From: Takakia lepidozioides | Taxonomy: Eukaryota; Plantae; Bryophyta | Direction of reading: 5' to 3' | DNA: 64,000 bases | Assembly (NCBI GenBank): GCA_030704615.1 | Contig: CM060731.1 | Location: 48,856,001-48,920,000, forward strand | Shown: piece after piece, positions 59,951 to 64,000 of the stretch | Numbering within the stretch: the stretch's first letter is position 1 | Layout: every line of letters begins with the position of its first letter | The notes under the pieces: model-generated | Told to the model about the DNA's origin: nothing | Database searches by the model: none | Seen by the model: only the letters and a program-made list of their open reading frames with translations | Position numbers and translations under genes: made by a program

Positions 59951-60456
59951 GTACTAAAGACTTAATTGTTTTGATCCAGGATGACCATTACCGATTCTGG
60001 CCATGATCTTCTCTTTCTTTTTGGAGTTTAAGGAGAGTTCAAGTTGGGGTGTCATTTGGGTGGTTTTGCAGCAACACCCCAGTTTGTGGAAGGGCAGTTT
60101 TGTGCATAGGTAGTTATGCAAGGGGGTTTAACTTTTCCATAGATTTTTTGACAACAAACGCCCCTTGATGTTATCATTAGCAAACTTTGCCTATGTTGTG
60201 CCCAAAAATGTATGTGTTTCGTGAACCAAAGTGAAGCTCAAATAATTTTCCTACAAGTGCCATGTTTATCATAAGGGCTTGTGATATTGTCAGGGACGGA
60301 GGGGTGTCTGGCCATACAGCGTTCAGTGTGGGATCCTAAGTGCAATATGTGTTCATGGTGGCTGTACTACCAGCTGCAAGAATTATGACAGTTCATTGCG
60401 ATTCTGCTCACAATCTCTCAAATTCAAACGTGACATTGACAACTGAACTTCAAGCC

Positions 60457-62591
60457 TTATCCCTTTGTCACCATCTTCAATTGCTTGAAGTTCTTCAAAC
60501 GATCATTCATGCATCCCAGTAGATATGACTGCTGAGAGGGCTTTGAGTTGGCAGGGGCTGATTGGTCAACCAAGAGGTCAAAACCTCCCACCTGTATTCC
60601 ATGTTCTAGATGTTCTTTAGATCATACAAAGTTAAGGAAAGATGCGAAATTTGGATCACATCATATACAGTGTTGGATCCTCAATGAATAACATTATTCT
60701 TTGTTTGGTGTCCTTTCTAGAGTTAGATTGCGTGATAACTAAGAGAAAGAAAGCAATATTGCTATTATTGTTATGTCCGTGGTAACCGGTGGGACATGTT
60801 GTGTCCTGTTTATGAAATAGGCTTTAAAACAAAGGCAATGATGGTAGGGAGATGTTGTCGAGGACTGACCTGTGGTAGACACTGAGCTGGCAAGCGGTGT
60901 TCCATGTCAATGAGAGTGAGTACATCATCGAGCATCCCATACTTGAGTTCATGGTCTGTGGGTGTGTCTGCCCCCAGGCTTGGTGATGCATTCACCTACA
61001 TTATTCTCTTTGGGGCTGAATCAGGCCAAAGTCATACTTCTCTACACTGAAATTTTTGTTCCTGTGTTTCAAACCCTGGATTGTGCCATAAGTTCAACTC
61101 CTTGGCCATATGCTGCAGACAATTGATTGTATGTGAATTTTGAAGGTGGCCCCCTCTCCACCCCCTCGTTTTCTTTTGGCCTTCCATAAAGAGGAAAGGG
61201 CATGACCCCAGATGGAGAACCAACTTAGCAAGAAAAGCCTAGCCAGGAAGCCACAAACATGAGACTTAGTTTAAATATGTTGCTTGGGTGCATACTTCCC
61301 TTACATTGTATTAATGCGGAAGGTGTGATGACAGACCTCAAGAAGCCATGGCTTTAATGAAGCATCAACAAGGATGTCATAGCCGTAGAGTTCAAAGCAA
61401 TGCTTGTCCTGTATCATCACATTTTGCATTGCCAATAAGGAACGCAAGATAAGCATATGAATATTGTGAAAGAGCGCATTCACATCTTGCTCCCCATGCT
61501 TTGATATCATGTGCATCTTCAGGCTATGTAGCGGCCTGCACCCCAGTCACTTGGTACCAGAATGTAAGGGCTATGATAGTGGACAAATAAAGGCACCACT
61601 TTTGCTATTCAGTTTCTTACTGTATTATGGCAGCTATAAACTCCCCACCGATTTAGACAGGGAATGTATCTTTCAAAGAGAGGACCAAAAACAAAAAGTG
61701 AGGGTTGAGGGAGGAGGGTTGAGCACTTACCATTTAGTGCCTGTCTTGGACTTGTATGTGGGCGCATGTTTCTGAATAGAGAAATTCGTGAGATGTACTA
61801 AATTGTTAACAATGTCTTCCTTCTTGATGGTAAAGTGTGCAATTGTGAACCTTGCAAACCCAGATCTGTAAACATATGCCTGCCACAAACCTCTACAGCC
61901 CACCAGTTTATGAACTTTCTTGAAACGTGGTGGAGTTGGATTTGATACTGTTTGTTATTTGCCTGGAAATGTTGGTAATAACATGTCTGAAGGGCTTAAT
62001 CCCATTGGCTGAGCTGGGTCATGGGGTATGCACAGCCTGTTATGGAAGTCAGCCAAAATTGCTATTGCACTTGTGCACAGCTAACAACAAGCCAGTCAGA
62101 ATGTTGGATAAGTGTTGATTAAGGGTCTTCCATCCTGCATGGAGGGAGATTTTCCTGCGAAAGGGGCAACAACATACACTTGTGGGCATTGTCCCTGCAG
62201 GATATCAAGCCTCAGAATTTGCTTGTGGGGTTTGTTGCGGGGGATGGAAGCTCCACCAAAACTTGCCACTACACTCACACAGTCCATGAGAAAAAGGATA
62301 CAGAGACTTCATTGCCGTATGGGGTGGAATAGACATCTCTAATACAACATCGATTACAGCCCTGCTGCTCTAGCTCCTAGTTTGGCCGTAGATGTGACAC
62401 ACTAGCACAATGACTAAGACAGAGGAACCAAGTCCTAGTGGGGAATGCAAGAAAACTCCAATTCTGAGTGGTCGAAGTGATACCTTCAAGGGAGCATAAG
62501 CAATGACAATAACATATATACGAAGGTCGAATTTTTTCCCACCAACCAAATAGGGGTTATCAATGTATCGCTGCACTATGTAATTTTCCAC
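60457..62591 (-). CDS. TTLL9: Tubulin polyglutamylase TTLL9-like, last five exons (62591-62484, 61879-61731, 61535-61337, 60995-60870, 60591-60457); 5' exons lie beyond the window
   Basis: All introns are GT-AG and the frame is conserved. [24 protein letters not shown]; GFARF; HLTNFSIQK; SKHG; [28 protein letters not shown]; DMEHRL..QVGGFDL; TAA at 60457-60459. Confidence 0.9.
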
Positions 62592-63679
62592 CTGTAGATT
62601 GCACCAACACTTCATAGTTTATAAATCTACATTAGACCTTGATGAAGCAACTTTTAAAAAGACTAAAAGATGTCTAAAAGACCTCCACACGTGGTCACCA
62701 GGTTGAAATTCAAACTTAAGAGTAGGCTTCCTACCTCTGGCCAGTAAGTTACCCCAGCTGGGAAAAAGGCAATCCACATGTTTGAACATGGGAATGATGG
62801 TGAGATGGGCAACATTTCTTATGGGTAACTCTGCTAAACAAGAGACAAAATTGAACAGATCACCAGCTCAAACTTGAGAAGCTCAAACCATAGCTGAAAC
62901 CTGTAGTTCTCCTTGAGTCTCAATTCGGGGTTGGATGCTCAAGTTGCTCCAGAGTCAACAATGTTATTGAGCTAATCGAAGGAAACAGCTTCTCCCCTCT
63001 TTTGCCCTGCTTACACCTCTACCCCCATCTGCAGAGTCTGAACCGGGCATGTATGGCCACAAGGATACAGCAAGCAACATCTAAGGGTACACCATCCTCA
63101 TCATCTCTGTCTTTTTAGAAGTTCCCAGAGGCCTTTAGCTATTAGTAATCAAAGTGCTTGGTGGCTTACCTGCACGAGGCACTCTGCCTTAATGCAAATG
63201 TTTGATGCTATACTTGCCCTTTGGTTTCTGTGGTCCTATTGTGTTGTTCTGCTTGTGTCCCTTGGGGCCTCCCATGGATGTAATGAACTCCATTCTTTCT
63301 TACTCTGTATCTCATGACTTGCTCATTCATGTATTGAATGGCATGAGGACCCACATGAAGGAACCCCATAGTCCATTTAGGAGTTCTTAGTGTGTACGAA
63401 CCCAGCCAAAAAGCTCAAGAGTGATTACCGTCCAGATGCTCAGAGTTAATTTGACCAAATTCTACAATTCATCTCCACCTTTTCCACGAAGGCTCTTGTT
63501 GATACAAAAAATCTCTCCCTCTTCTTGGGTGCTCTCAAACTCCCTCGACCATCCAGGGGTCGATGAACACAACCTCTAATGCCTTCATCTTTTTCATTTC
63601 AGGAATAACGAGGCGTAACTGGATAATAATGCCCTCCTACCTCTCTAGGAAATTTTCTACAGCCCTCATAGGAACCTCT

Positions 63680-64000
63680 GTGCCTTCTGAGTTGGCTCTC
63701 AAAGGTTGTGGATTGAAACGGAGAAATGGTTTAGAGAAGGAAACGCTCCAATCTGCCCAATTTGTGCATTGGAGGAAGTGGAAACAGATCACTTCTTCTT
63801 CTCCTGTCCACCACATTACTAGATACGTAGGAGATATTACTATCTATTCCCATTCCTTAGCAAAGACTTTCAGATCCCAAGTGCCTTGCGGCCTAGCTGC
63901 TTGGGGCCCTTTGTCTTAGGGTGTCACTTGATGAATCTTGAAATGCTCATTTCTTGTTCTACCCTCCCATTGGCCCTGTGGGTGTTATAAAGTACTTTCT
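63680..64000 (+). mobile_element. Decayed LINE zf-RVT fragment inside a TTLL9 intron
   Basis: CPICALEEVETDHFFFSC at about 63753-63810. Confidence 0.55.

Overview
Eukaryotic, repeat-dense DNA from a land plant. Its TTLL9-type tubulin glutamylase, PLS-class PPR genes and Tcn1-/Galadriel-like chromoviruses point to a lineage with flagellated sperm (bryophyte, lycophyte or fern; inference). Most of the window is nested transposons. One L1-type LINE (about 150-25390) is split by a decayed, apparently self-priming Tcn1-like chromovirus, an intact very young Galadriel-like chromovirus (7879-14849) and a gene-carrying CACTA element (16729-23491). A second LINE (about 35345-50932) is split by another gene-carrying CACTA (35409-39478) and a 9.2-kb MULE-like element (41620-50836). 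There is also a tRNA-derived SINE and a decayed piggyBac-type transposase. Host genes are a small conserved basic protein (30223-30585), a PLS-E+ PPR gene (56268-58610) and the last five exons of TTLL9 (60457-62591). Three signals are hidden from the ORF track. (1) Both CACTA elements carry intron-split, tandemly amplified OSB-type PDF ssDNA-binding motifs mixed with PLS-PPR fragments, and a degenerate PDF motif also lies just 5' of the intact PPR gene, suggesting a PDF-PPR gene family being mobilised. (2) The MULE carries spliced exons resembling a prokaryotic-type N4/N6 DNA methyltransferase. (3) The Tcn1-like element shows a tRNA-independent self-priming signature. All family calls are from motif recognition by eye; no searches were run.
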